Below are positions 37,905-46,952 of a stretch of 58,642 bases of DNA, piece after piece. Both the position numbers and the translations under genes were made by a program. Positions within the stretch are counted from its first letter, which is position 1, and each line of letters opens with the position of its first letter. The DNA is from a bacterium (lineage in GTDB: Bacteria; Patescibacteriota; Minisyncoccia; Phycocordibacterales; Phycocordibacteraceae). The stretch spans positions 1-58,642 of the forward strand of contig JAKBGA010000002.1 in assembly GCA_021833245.1 (NCBI GenBank). Direction: 5' to 3'. Below the pieces are notes generated by a model that searched no databases, was not told the origin of the DNA, and was given only the letters and a program-made list of their open reading frames with translations.

Positions 37905-39152
37905 ATGAAAATCGTTTTTCTTCAGGACGATTTCCCGCCGCACGCGATTGGCGGTGCAGGTATTGTTGCGGCGTCGCTCGCGCGCGAACTCGTGAAGCAT
38001 GGACATGAACTGACGATCATCACTTCCGTGCAAGATCGTTCTCTCGCAGGTTCTTTCCGCGAAGGCAGTATGCGCATCGAGCGCATCTATTCAGGCTACC
38101 AGCGACGATGGCGCTCGTGGCTCTCGCTCTATAATCCCGCGACGGTCGGGAAGATACGGCGTATTCTCGCCGAAGTAAAGCCCGAGATTGTGCATGCTCA
38201 TAATGTGCACTATCACCTCTCGTATTGGGCGCTGCGTCTCGCGAAGCGGGGAGGTGCGAAAGTGTTTCTCACCGCGCATGACGTTATGCTTTTTCATTAC
38301 GGGAAGTTGACCGAGTTTATAGACCCGAGGAATCCAGAATGTCGCAAAGATTGGGACTATAGAGTGAATATTTGGCGGCAGCTTCGGGAATATCGATTCT
38401 GGTATAACCCGCTCCGCAACCTAACCATTCGGAGACTTTTGAAAAATGTCGATAGAATATTCGCGGTGAGTTCGGCGCTCAAAGACGCACTCGAGAAGAA
38501 TGGCATCAAGAATATAGAAGTGATTCATAACGGCATCGACATGAACGAGTGGCGGGTGACGCCGACAATCATTGAAGCGTTTGTGCAAAAGCATAAGCTT
38601 GAAGAAAAGAAGGTTATTCTATTCGGGGGACGCATTAGTAGCTTGAAAGGAGGAGGAGTGATGCTCGAGGCCTTGCGGGATATTGCTCATTCCGAACAAT
38701 CTGCAGTTCTACTACTACTCGGTGCACGCGATGCATACGTCGAGAGACTTGAGCGTCAGGCACGAGAGTGGGGAATTGGCGCGCACCTCATTTCAACAGG
38801 GTGGCTCTCAGGTGATGAATTGCATGCGGCGTATCACGCTGCCGATGTTATCGTGATCCCATCTCTTTATCTTGAGCCGTTCGGAATGATTGCACTCGAA
38901 GCTATGGCATGCGGAAAGCCGGTTGTTGGAAGTTGCTTGGGCGGTACCATAGAAATAGTCGTCGATGGCGAGACGGGGTATCTCCTCAACCCCTACGACA
39001 TAACCAGTCTCGCTAGACGAACGGTTGATCTGCTTCGCGATAAAGAGAGGCGAGATCGCTTCGGCAGGAACGGTCGCACGCGCGCGGCGGAGTATTTCTC
39101 CACTGATAAGTGGTGTAGACAAATACTTTCTGCGTATACTGCTATACGATGA
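37905..39152 (+). CDS. Glycosyltransferase family 4
   Basis: MKIVFLQDDFPPHAIGGAG and PSLYLEPFGMIALEAMACGKPVVGSCLGGTIEIVVDGETGYLL. Confidence 0.88.
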   Translation: MKIVFLQDDFPPHAIGGAGIVAASLARELVKHGHELTIITSVQDRSLAGSFREGSMRIERIYSGYQRRWRSWLSLYNPATVGKIRRILAEVKPEIVHAHNVHYHLSYWALRLAKRGGAKVFLTAHDVMLFHYGKLTEFIDPRNPECRKDWDYRVNIWRQLREYRFWYNPLRNLTIRRLLKNVDRIFAVSSALKDALEKNGIKNIEVIHNGIDMNEWRVTPTIIEAFVQKHKLEEKKVILFGGRISSLKGGGVMLEALRDIAHSEQSAVLLLLGARDAYVERLERQAREWGIGAHLISTGWLSGDELHAAYHAADVIVIPSLYLEPFGMIALEAMACGKPVVGSCLGGTIEIVVDGETGYLLNPYDITSLARRTVDLLRDKERRDRFGRNGRTRAAEYFSTDKWCRQILSAYTAIR

Positions 39153-40165
39153 TTGAGTCTTCACGCAACCTTTCTGTTCCCGTGGCGCTTATCCTGGCGC
39201 CGAGGATGGAGACAGTGTCGCGCGTGCTTGCTGCGATTAAAGCGGCGCGTCCCGTGAGATTCTATGTCGTCGCTGATGCTGGTTGGTCACCAGAGACTGA
39301 AGAGGGTTTCAAGAAGGTGAAGGATCTTATTGCGACCATTGATTGGTGCGACGTGCATACTGACTATGCTGAAAAGAACATGGGCGCGAAGATGCGGCTC
39401 GCAACTGGCATCAGTTGGGTCTTTGAGCATGAGGAACGTGCCATTATCCTCGAGCATGACTGTCTGCCTCATCCGTCGTTTTTTCGATATTGCGACGAGC
39501 TTCTTGAATGGTACAAAGATGATGAGCGCGTCATGCATATCGGTGGCAGCAACTTTTTCAAAGCACTGAAGTCGAAATTCGAGAGCTCTGATAGTTATTT
39601 CTTCACCGCGGTTCCGCATATATGGGGGTTCGCGACATGGCGGCGCGCATGGAAACATTATGACGTGAAGGTTGCGAAGTGGCCGGAGGCTCGCGCAAGA
39701 CGCATGCTGTACGATATTTTCCACGATGATGCCGTAGCATATCGATGGGAGAATAGGCTTCAAGAATATTACGAAGGACGTATTGAATCATGGGATGGTC
39801 AGTGGACTTTCGCCATACTCTCTCAGGGCGGGCTGAGCATAAATCCGAGTGTAAATCTCGTGAGCAATATCGGATTCGGTTCGCAGGCATTATCATGTAA
39901 GGACATAGATAGTCCTCTTGCGAATATGCCGACAACGCCAATCGGCTTCCCGCTCGTTCATCCGCCCTTTATGATCGTCAATCAAGAAGCCGAGTTTTAT
40001 CTCAACCGAGATTTATTCCGCATAAGCCGTACCCGCCTGCAGCGTCTTAAATGGCGTCTCAAGAAGATGCTTCCTCGTTTCTATGCGTTGATAAAACATC
40101 TTTCTGGGCGTCCGATTGATTCGGTACGGCCTTCTTTACGTGAGCAATCATGGAATCATCGTTAA
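39149..40165 (+). CDS. Putative nucleotide-diphospho-sugar transferase (GT-A, GNT-I/HlpA-like)
   Basis: VPVALILAPR...FYVVADAG...RAIILEHDCLPHPSFF (an acidic motif in the EDD-like position). Weak, recollection-based family call. Its 3' end overlaps the convergent gene. Confidence 0.55.
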   Translation: MIESSRNLSVPVALILAPRMETVSRVLAAIKAARPVRFYVVADAGWSPETEEGFKKVKDLIATIDWCDVHTDYAEKNMGAKMRLATGISWVFEHEERAIILEHDCLPHPSFFRYCDELLEWYKDDERVMHIGGSNFFKALKSKFESSDSYFFTAVPHIWGFATWRRAWKHYDVKVAKWPEARARRMLYDIFHDDAVAYRWENRLQEYYEGRIESWDGQWTFAILSQGGLSINPSVNLVSNIGFGSQALSCKDIDSPLANMPTTPIGFPLVHPPFMIVNQEAEFYLNRDLFRISRTRLQRLKWRLKKMLPRFYALIKHLSGRPIDSVRPSLREQSWNHR

Positions 40166-41054
40166 TCCATTTTTCTCCCATGAGTTTACTCATCTTGTCG
40201 ATTACAAGAAGCAAGAGCGGATCGATTTTATCTTTGTGTATACCAAGCGCATAGTAGAGGCTGCGCACTGTTCCTTTCGCGGAGCCGATTTTTTGCACGT
40301 TGATAATAGATAGTCCACATTTGGTACAAAGCTTTGTGAGCGTCGAAGGAGAGAAGTGGTATAGATGTCGCGGTATCTCAAGCGGGAAAAAGTTGCTCCT
40401 AAATATCTTGAATTTTATGGAATTTATATTGGGAACTTCAATGGCCATCTCTCCATCCAGCCTGAGCAGAGTAGTGAGCATTCGTAAAGTTGCAACAGGA
40501 TCGTTTACATGTTCTAGAACGTTGTTTAGATAGATACGATCGAAGCTTTCGTGCTCGAAATACGAGCCGATTGCATCTGGAGTGTCGAGAATGATGGGAA
40601 TGTCGTGCCCGATGGATTTTATTTCTTTGTTCGTTGATATGTCGAACCCATGTAGTTCCCAAAGTGGATGAGCAAGACGCATTGAAAGTAGAAATCGCCC
40701 GCTCCCGCATCCAAAATCTAATACGCGCAATCGGGAAGTATCTGATGATATTTCATTTGAAGAGGATGTAGATGGAGAAGATGGGGGGGTTATGAGTTTT
40801 TTTATTCCTTTAAGAAATTCTAATAAACGATTCTCTTCGAGGACTTTATATTCCGGCAAGTATGAAGGATAGTGCGACGGGTAGTATTTCACGAGCTCCT
40901 CCATGGTTGGCTGCGGGTTGAGATAGACAAGTTCACAAACGCGGCAGCGAACCAACGTGAATTTTGTGTTATCCACCCGAATATATTTATCATAGCTTGT
41001 CAGAAGCTTCTTAGAATTTGTGCTCCCGCAGATGGCACAAGAGATAATATTCAT
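40059..41054 (-). CDS. Class I SAM-dependent methyltransferase with N-terminal Zn-ribbon
   Basis: CAICGS...CRVCELVY (CxxC-x-CxxC), then VLDFGCGSGRFL and LNNVLEHVNDP. Confidence 0.85.
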   Translation of the reverse strand: MNIISCAICGSTNSKKLLTSYDKYIRVDNTKFTLVRCRVCELVYLNPQPTMEELVKYYPSHYPSYLPEYKVLEENRLLEFLKGIKKLITPPSSPSTSSSNEISSDTSRLRVLDFGCGSGRFLLSMRLAHPLWELHGFDISTNKEIKSIGHDIPIILDTPDAIGSYFEHESFDRIYLNNVLEHVNDPVATLRMLTTLLRLDGEMAIEVPNINSIKFKIFRSNFFPLEIPRHLYHFSPSTLTKLCTKCGLSIINVQKIGSAKGTVRSLYYALGIHKDKIDPLLLLVIDKMSKLMGEKWINDDSMIAHVKKAVPNQSDAQKDVLSTHRNEEASS

Positions 41055-41057
41055 ACC

Positions 41058-42320
41058 TCAGGCCCTTACAAGGATATCTTGTAATTGTGTAACGAAATCA
41101 TTTGCACGATGAAAGATGGTGTGCTGTGCGAACACTTCTCGCTGGGCGACTATTGCTCTTTGTTGCCCATAGATCGGGTTCTGCATAATATTCCTGAAGT
41201 GATTGGTAAATTCCTCTCCCGTTTTACATACGAATAGGGCGTTTTTGCTGTAAAGTTTCGGCAGGAGTTTCGGAGTGTCAATAAGTTGTGGCAATCCGCA
41301 CATGGCGAGGTGATGCGTTCGTTCGTTTACTTCGCATGCCCACTCTATCTGTTCCGGAAGGTGGAAGTTAAACCCAACCTTGCTTCGTGCATAAAGATAA
41401 CGATCACGATCACGATCAAAACGGAATTCTTTCACATGTCTCCATCCGATTCCATGAATGAATCCTGGGTAACGGGAGGTAATTTCTCCTGCAAGACGGG
41501 AATACATCGGCCCCTTTGTCCAGTGCGCCGAAGAGAGGAAGCAATAATCAACGTCTCGCGTAATCTCTGGAAGAGGGTAGTAGTGGAGCGGGTTCGCACC
41601 AAACGGCAGTGAAAGCAAGGGGTAACCGCGTTCGAAGAACGGTCGATATTCTTTCCGGATACGTGTGTACTCAGGATCTCGGAAACTGAAATAGAAATTG
41701 ATTCCGTGTTCTTTTGCCCAATCGAGACGAGGAATAAGAGGTGGATTCCCGATCTCCTCCTCCTCAATTCGCGCATTGAGTCCAATATACAGTTCACGCG
41801 TTTTCCGATAGGCAGCAATAGCTTGCCAATCGATTTGATCGATGTATACAGGCACGTCGGTTGAGAGGAGAAATGTCGGATGGAAAATCTCGAGTGCTTC
41901 TTTCACGTCAGATCTCCACCCAAGTTTGTAGGCTGGTATGCCTATGAAATCAAGAGATTCTATAAGATTCGAATAGAAAGAGAAATGCGCGGGCGACACG
42001 GAAGGATCTGGTACCTGTATAAGAATCCGAATACCAGATACGGCAGAACGTTTGTCGCGGAACTCGGTCTCAACACGCTTTTTGAGTTCATATCCTTGGC
42101 GAACGATTGGGTCAGATGATCGCTCGTATTTCTCAGGCATTTCTAAAATATCTTTCTTTGCGAGACTCTGCTCTGCCCAAGAAAGTATTTCTTGATGGCG
42201 TGAGATGGTTCTCGAATTTATGCTGTGTTCGAAGTTATAAAAAGGCCACGTTGGGTCCGGTTTCCGGAGAATCTCTTTGAGAACGTGCTTTACGAAGCGT
42301 ATGAAATACTCCATGTCCAT
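41058..42320 (-). CDS. CgeB-family / Glyco_trans_1_2-like protein
   Basis: The C-terminal segment KVGFNFHLPEQIEWACEVNERTHHLAMCGLPQLID resembles the CgeB/DUF3880-type GT-B C-domain. Moderate confidence. Confidence 0.55.
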   Translation of the reverse strand: MDMEYFIRFVKHVLKEILRKPDPTWPFYNFEHSINSRTISRHQEILSWAEQSLAKKDILEMPEKYERSSDPIVRQGYELKKRVETEFRDKRSAVSGIRILIQVPDPSVSPAHFSFYSNLIESLDFIGIPAYKLGWRSDVKEALEIFHPTFLLSTDVPVYIDQIDWQAIAAYRKTRELYIGLNARIEEEEIGNPPLIPRLDWAKEHGINFYFSFRDPEYTRIRKEYRPFFERGYPLLSLPFGANPLHYYPLPEITRDVDYCFLSSAHWTKGPMYSRLAGEITSRYPGFIHGIGWRHVKEFRFDRDRDRYLYARSKVGFNFHLPEQIEWACEVNERTHHLAMCGLPQLIDTPKLLPKLYSKNALFVCKTGEEFTNHFRNIMQNPIYGQQRAIVAQREVFAQHTIFHRANDFVTQLQDILVRA

Positions 42321-42326
42321 ATTGAA

Positions 42327-43595
42327 TCAGGGTTCCTTTTTTGAGGAATATGCATACAGAATGTAATTGAGATATCCGCCCCCTACTTTTATAATGACGC
42401 GTGAGACTACTAATCCGAGAAGCCCCCAAAAAATAACTCCTATGAGCATAGTTGCAATTTGAAAAACGGACAGCGCGATACTTGTTATGTATTGTTCTCG
42501 TATCTTCTTTTTCGCAACAAGATAAACACCCGCAGGACTAAAACTGAGAGAAAGAATGGACAGCGCATAGAGTTGCGAGTAAGGGATGGCATCTGTGTAA
42601 TTAGGGAAAAAGAACGCATAGAAATATGGTGCGAGAAGGATATAGAGCACCACGAACGCAAGACTCGATATAAAAAGCCATACAATTTTATTGCGCATCC
42701 CGGATTTGATTTCTGCGGTTGAACGACCAGCGAACTTCGGGAGAAGCATATTGCTTAGTGTCTTGATTGGGCCCTTGGTCTGATCGGGAATTGCGACGGA
42801 GAAATTATAGATAGCGAGTTCGACGGGGCCGACGAAATGGAAGAGAAGAATCTGATCAATATTACCGGCGATGGTGCTGAGAATGCCCATGAGTGATAGA
42901 TGTTTGCCGTAGGTAAGCATCTCAGGATCGGTCTTTGCTGGATCTGGTTTATAGACTCGTACGACACGACGGTAGAGCCAGTAGGTTGCAATTGTGTTGC
43001 CGACGAAGTAGACGGCAGCAATGATGAGCGGATCGTGCGTGAAAAGGATGGTGCCAGCAAGTGCACCGATAGCAAACAAGTTCTCTATGATATCGAAATA
43101 AATGGATGAGCGGGCAAAATCTTTCTTTGCGCTTAGAAATACACTGGCCAGATTAGCACTGGAAAGGAAAGGAGAGAGTGAGCCACCGATGAGAACTCCG
43201 AATGCGAGCGTCGGGTTACCTTGGAAGAAATAATAGATAGCGAGCGCGAATGCTCCCAGAAATATAAGTACGCTCCAACGGATATTGAGCCAGAAACCCT
43301 CAAAAAGAGATCCATCAAATCCGCGCGCGACAGATTGAAATACGGCGGTTCCGATACCAGTGAGTGAGAATGAGGAAAGTATAGCGACAACAGCAAGAAT
43401 ATATTTGTATTGTCCATACACCTCTTTCGGAAGAAAGCGAGCAACAAGAATGGCAAAACCGAAAACGGTAATCGAGGTCACCACCTGTCCAGTAATTGAC
43501 CAGAACCCGCCACGAGTAAGGTACACCATATCGGTCTTGGTGTATTTCTCGCTCCAGCGAAGTAGGCGAAGGAGACGGTATTTTAAGCTAGACAT
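42327..43595 (-). CDS. Wzx-type oligosaccharide flippase (MOP superfamily)
   Basis: 422 aa with ~12 TM helices. N-terminal pattern LTRGGFWSITGQVVTSITVFGFAILVARFL is typical of polysaccharide biosynthesis (Wzx) proteins. Confidence 0.8.
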   Translation of the reverse strand: MSSLKYRLLRLLRWSEKYTKTDMVYLTRGGFWSITGQVVTSITVFGFAILVARFLPKEVYGQYKYILAVVAILSSFSLTGIGTAVFQSVARGFDGSLFEGFWLNIRWSVLIFLGAFALAIYYFFQGNPTLAFGVLIGGSLSPFLSSANLASVFLSAKKDFARSSIYFDIIENLFAIGALAGTILFTHDPLIIAAVYFVGNTIATYWLYRRVVRVYKPDPAKTDPEMLTYGKHLSLMGILSTIAGNIDQILLFHFVGPVELAIYNFSVAIPDQTKGPIKTLSNMLLPKFAGRSTAEIKSGMRNKIVWLFISSLAFVVLYILLAPYFYAFFFPNYTDAIPYSQLYALSILSLSFSPAGVYLVAKKKIREQYITSIALSVFQIATMLIGVIFWGLLGLVVSRVIIKVGGGYLNYILYAYSSKKEP

Positions 43596-43772
43596 ATTTT
43601 TTATGTATAGAGTATAAACAGATACTCGTGCTGCTATCGTACCACTTAGACTGGAACAGGGGATGGCGTAGCGGAGGTTTCAACAGACCGTAAGAGACAT
43701 GCCAATCAATCGTCTATACTGTATAGAGTTAACGTATACTTACGTATAGTAATAATCATATATTTAAACTGT

Positions 43773-44630
43773 ATGAAGAATTATATTTATGGATTCGGGG
43801 CAGTTGCGTTTGCGCTCGCCATGAGCGGATTACCAGTGGCGGCTAGCGCTGATAGCAATGGTAGTGATGGGCAGAGCGGTTTAAGTGTGGGTGCAGAAAT
43901 AACGGCACAAGTGCAAGGCGGGGACACTTCAGTGAGTGCCTCAACAAGCGTTTCGGCGCGTGTCGGAGAGGGGCATGGGTCAAGTATCACGGGTTCTAAA
44001 GAGGGGAGTAAATCGAATCAATCATCTCATGTGGGTGAACAGAGGCGAGAAGGTACACAGCACGAAATTGAGAAGACACTTGAGATAATGAGTGAAGATC
44101 TCCCGTTTTCTCTTGAGAGCACGACGACTGCGGCACTTTCGTTCGGACAATTGAAGTCGTCAATTGAAGCGCGTCAGCGGGAACTTGACCAGGAGGAGGC
44201 AAGTTCTTCACCGGAGACGCGGAGCATCATGAAAAATGAGAATCCAGTGCGTCTTGCAGTGCATTCGCTTCTCGCCTCAAAGGATTTGCTTGGTGGAATC
44301 GGTGGTCAGGTGTCGGCAATAGCACGACAGATGAATTATTCGATCGCATCAACGACAAGTGCTGAAGCACAGATACAGTCACGTGGCTTCCTCACCAAGC
44401 TCTTTTTCGGCGGTGATACTGCCGCAGCGCAAGTCATTACAGAACAAGTCACACAGAATCAGCAGCGTATCGACGATCTCACAAAACTGCTTGCGCAGGC
44501 AAATATTTCAGTCAACGTGCAAACAATTCTGAAAGCCCAAATAACGGCCTTACAGGAAGCACAAGCGCGTTTGCAAGTTCTTGCACAGCAACAGCAGCAC
44601 ATGTGGGGCCTCTTTAGTTGGAGATTTTAA
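43773..44630 (+). CDS. Secreted Ser/Gly-rich plus coiled-coil hypothetical protein
   Basis: Signal peptide MKNYIYGFGAVAFALAMSGLPVAASA, a Ser/Gly/Thr-rich region, and a Q-rich helical C-terminus. Confidence 0.7.
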   Translation: MKNYIYGFGAVAFALAMSGLPVAASADSNGSDGQSGLSVGAEITAQVQGGDTSVSASTSVSARVGEGHGSSITGSKEGSKSNQSSHVGEQRREGTQHEIEKTLEIMSEDLPFSLESTTTAALSFGQLKSSIEARQRELDQEEASSSPETRSIMKNENPVRLAVHSLLASKDLLGGIGGQVSAIARQMNYSIASTTSAEAQIQSRGFLTKLFFGGDTAAAQVITEQVTQNQQRIDDLTKLLAQANISVNVQTILKAQITALQEAQARLQVLAQQQQHMWGLFSWRF

Positions 44631-44668
44631 TCTGAAGTATCTAAACCACTCTAGAAAGATCAGGTCTT

Positions 44669-44716
44669 ATCAAAACACACAACGCCATGCCAGAACATAG
44701 CGTTGCGTGTTTTGAT
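44669..44716 (+). terminator. Long hairpin between the secreted-protein gene and the ligase-like gene
   Basis: atcaaaacacacaacgc / gcgttgcgtgttttgat: a ~16-bp stem with one mismatch and a 14-nt loop. There is no clean U-tract beyond the stem. Confidence 0.45.
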
Positions 44717-44738
44717 ATATGGTATAGTTTCCTGCATT

Positions 44739-46952
44739 ATGCAGAGTAGCGGTGGAATCGCCAAGCAGATTGCAAGATGGATAGCGCTCGGGGCGCTCTT
44801 TCTCATACCGCTTACGCCGCTTCTTATCGCGAATAGTTACTTTTTTCCTTTCATCACCGGAAAGACATTCTATTTCCGTATTCTAGTTGAAATAGTGGTC
44901 GCAGCATGGGTTGTACTCGCTCTTTTGGACAAGGAATACCGTCCACGCTTTTCACTCATTGGCGCAGCGGTCGTTTGTTTTGTCGCATGGATGTTTGTTG
45001 CGGATCTTTTTGCGATAAATGTCGCAAAAGCCTTTTGGAGCAATTTTGAACGCATGGAAGGCTGGGTACTTCTCATACATTTACTCGGATTTTTCCTCGC
45101 CTCTAGCGCAGTGCTACGTGTGGAGAAAAAATGGCGCGCATGGTTTCTCGCATCAGTCGCAGTTTCGGTCCTTGTTTCCGGGTACGCGTTTCTGCAGCTC
45201 GCCGGCAACATTCCGATAAACCAAGGTTCAACACGTATTGATGCGACCTTGGGGAACTCAGCATATCTGGCGATCTATTTCCTTTTCAATGTGTTTATCG
45301 CGCTTTGGCTCGCATTTACCGAGAAATATCCCTGGCTTAAATGGTCGCTCATCTCACTCGCTGCCGTAGAGGTGGTTCTAATTTTTTATACCGAAACACG
45401 CGGTACGGTGGTTGGACTAACTTTGGCATTTGGTCTCGCGATGCTTTTGACAGCACTCACCGCAAGCAAGCGTATTCGTCGTATAGCGGTATTTGCACTC
45501 ATTGGTCTCGTGCTTCTCGTGGGTGGATTCTATCTTGCCCGCCATACTCATTTCGTTGAAAGCAATCACACACTACAGCGTATCGACTCGATTTCGCTCG
45601 CCGCTGGTCAGACTCGTTTCACCATATGGCATATGGCATTTGAAGGATTTCTTGAACGTCCTATCGTCGGGTGGGGGCAGGAGGGCTTCAACTATGTTTT
45701 TAACAAATTCTACGATCCATCTTTGTACACGCAAGAACAATGGTTCGATCGGGCGCATAATGCGTTTATCGATTGGCTTATCGCGGGCGGTGCTCCAGCG
45801 TTCCTGCTCTATCTCTCACTTTTTGGATCCGCATTGTTTTTGCTTTGGAAGAATTCTGAACTTTCGCGTCCCGAACGGATCATATTTACTGCAGCGCTTA
45901 CCGGATATGCCGTTCATAACTTTTTTGTTTTCGACAACCTGTATTCCTACGTCTACTTTTTCGCAATCCTCGCATTTATCGATTCCCAGATTGCGCGTCC
46001 TATAAATAGACTCGAACATGCGCCAGTGCTTTCCGCAATGGATGGCGCAACCTACGCACTCCCGATTGCTGCTGTAGTCGCCATTGCGCTTATTTGGACC
46101 GTGAATATTCCGGGCATGGAAGCCGCATCCGAGCTTATTGTGGCCATATCACCAACCGCACTTGATCCCACAACGCAAACCCCGGAACTTTCTGCAGAAA
46201 ATATAGCGACTTTCGAGGATTTGGTAAAACATCCAGCCTTTGCCGCGCAGGAGATACGCGAACAATTAGTCTCTACCGCAGCAACAATCGCACAAAGTTC
46301 ATGGGCGACTGAAGCGCAGAAACAACAGATTGTCTCGCTCGCAATTAACGAAATGGAAAAGCAAGTCACAGCGTATCCACTTGACGCACGTGAACGTCTG
46401 GAACTTTCCTATGCCTATCATGCAGCGGGAGACAATGCTGATGCACTCAAACAGATTCAAGCGGCGATTGCGCTTTCTCCGGCCAAGGAGGAGTTTTGGA
46501 TTGAGGCAGGTATAACCGAATGGGATCTGGGGAATGTGAAGGCAGCACAGTCTGATTTCGATACGGCATATGCACTCGGCCCGGAATTTCAAGGTCTCGC
46601 GAAGTATGCCGCAGCCGGAGATATTGCAGCCGGTAACACGACAATAGCCGACCACATACTGATTGGCACATACGGTACGACAACCATAGATAGTAATATT
46701 CTTATGGATGCATATTATCGTGCCAAGGACTGGCCGCGCCTTATAGATATATTGAAACTTCGCACGAGTGAACCTGGCGCGAATGTTACCGCATGGTTCA
46801 ACCTTGCGGGCGGTTATTATACTGCGGGTGATAAAACGAATGCCATTGCCACTATCAAAGAGGCAGTCAAGTTGTTCGCGGGAGTTCCTGGAGTAGCTTC
46901 TTCAGGGGCAGCGGCTATTGCACAAATAAGAGGGAACACAGTGGGACAATGA
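44739..46952 (+). CDS. O-antigen ligase/polymerase-like (Wzy_C) membrane protein fused to a C-terminal TPR domain
   Basis: Multi-TM protein with the RAHNAFIDWLIAGGAPAF (Wzy_C HN motif) loop. The C-terminal ~270 aa are helical TPR-like repeats (ELSYAYHAAGDNADALKQIQAAIALSP...). ATG 44739 is preferred over TTG 44703, which lies inside the hairpin. Confidence 0.8.
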   Translation: MQSSGGIAKQIARWIALGALFLIPLTPLLIANSYFFPFITGKTFYFRILVEIVVAAWVVLALLDKEYRPRFSLIGAAVVCFVAWMFVADLFAINVAKAFWSNFERMEGWVLLIHLLGFFLASSAVLRVEKKWRAWFLASVAVSVLVSGYAFLQLAGNIPINQGSTRIDATLGNSAYLAIYFLFNVFIALWLAFTEKYPWLKWSLISLAAVEVVLIFYTETRGTVVGLTLAFGLAMLLTALTASKRIRRIAVFALIGLVLLVGGFYLARHTHFVESNHTLQRIDSISLAAGQTRFTIWHMAFEGFLERPIVGWGQEGFNYVFNKFYDPSLYTQEQWFDRAHNAFIDWLIAGGAPAFLLYLSLFGSALFLLWKNSELSRPERIIFTAALTGYAVHNFFVFDNLYSYVYFFAILAFIDSQIARPINRLEHAPVLSAMDGATYALPIAAVVAIALIWTVNIPGMEAASELIVAISPTALDPTTQTPELSAENIATFEDLVKHPAFAAQEIREQLVSTAATIAQSSWATEAQKQQIVSLAINEMEKQVTAYPLDARERLELSYAYHAAGDNADALKQIQAAIALSPAKEEFWIEAGITEWDLGNVKAAQSDFDTAYALGPEFQGLAKYAAAGDIAAGNTTIADHILIGTYGTTTIDSNILMDAYYRAKDWPRLIDILKLRTSEPGANVTAWFNLAGGYYTAGDKTNAIATIKEAVKLFAGVPGVASSGAAAIAQIRGNTVGQ

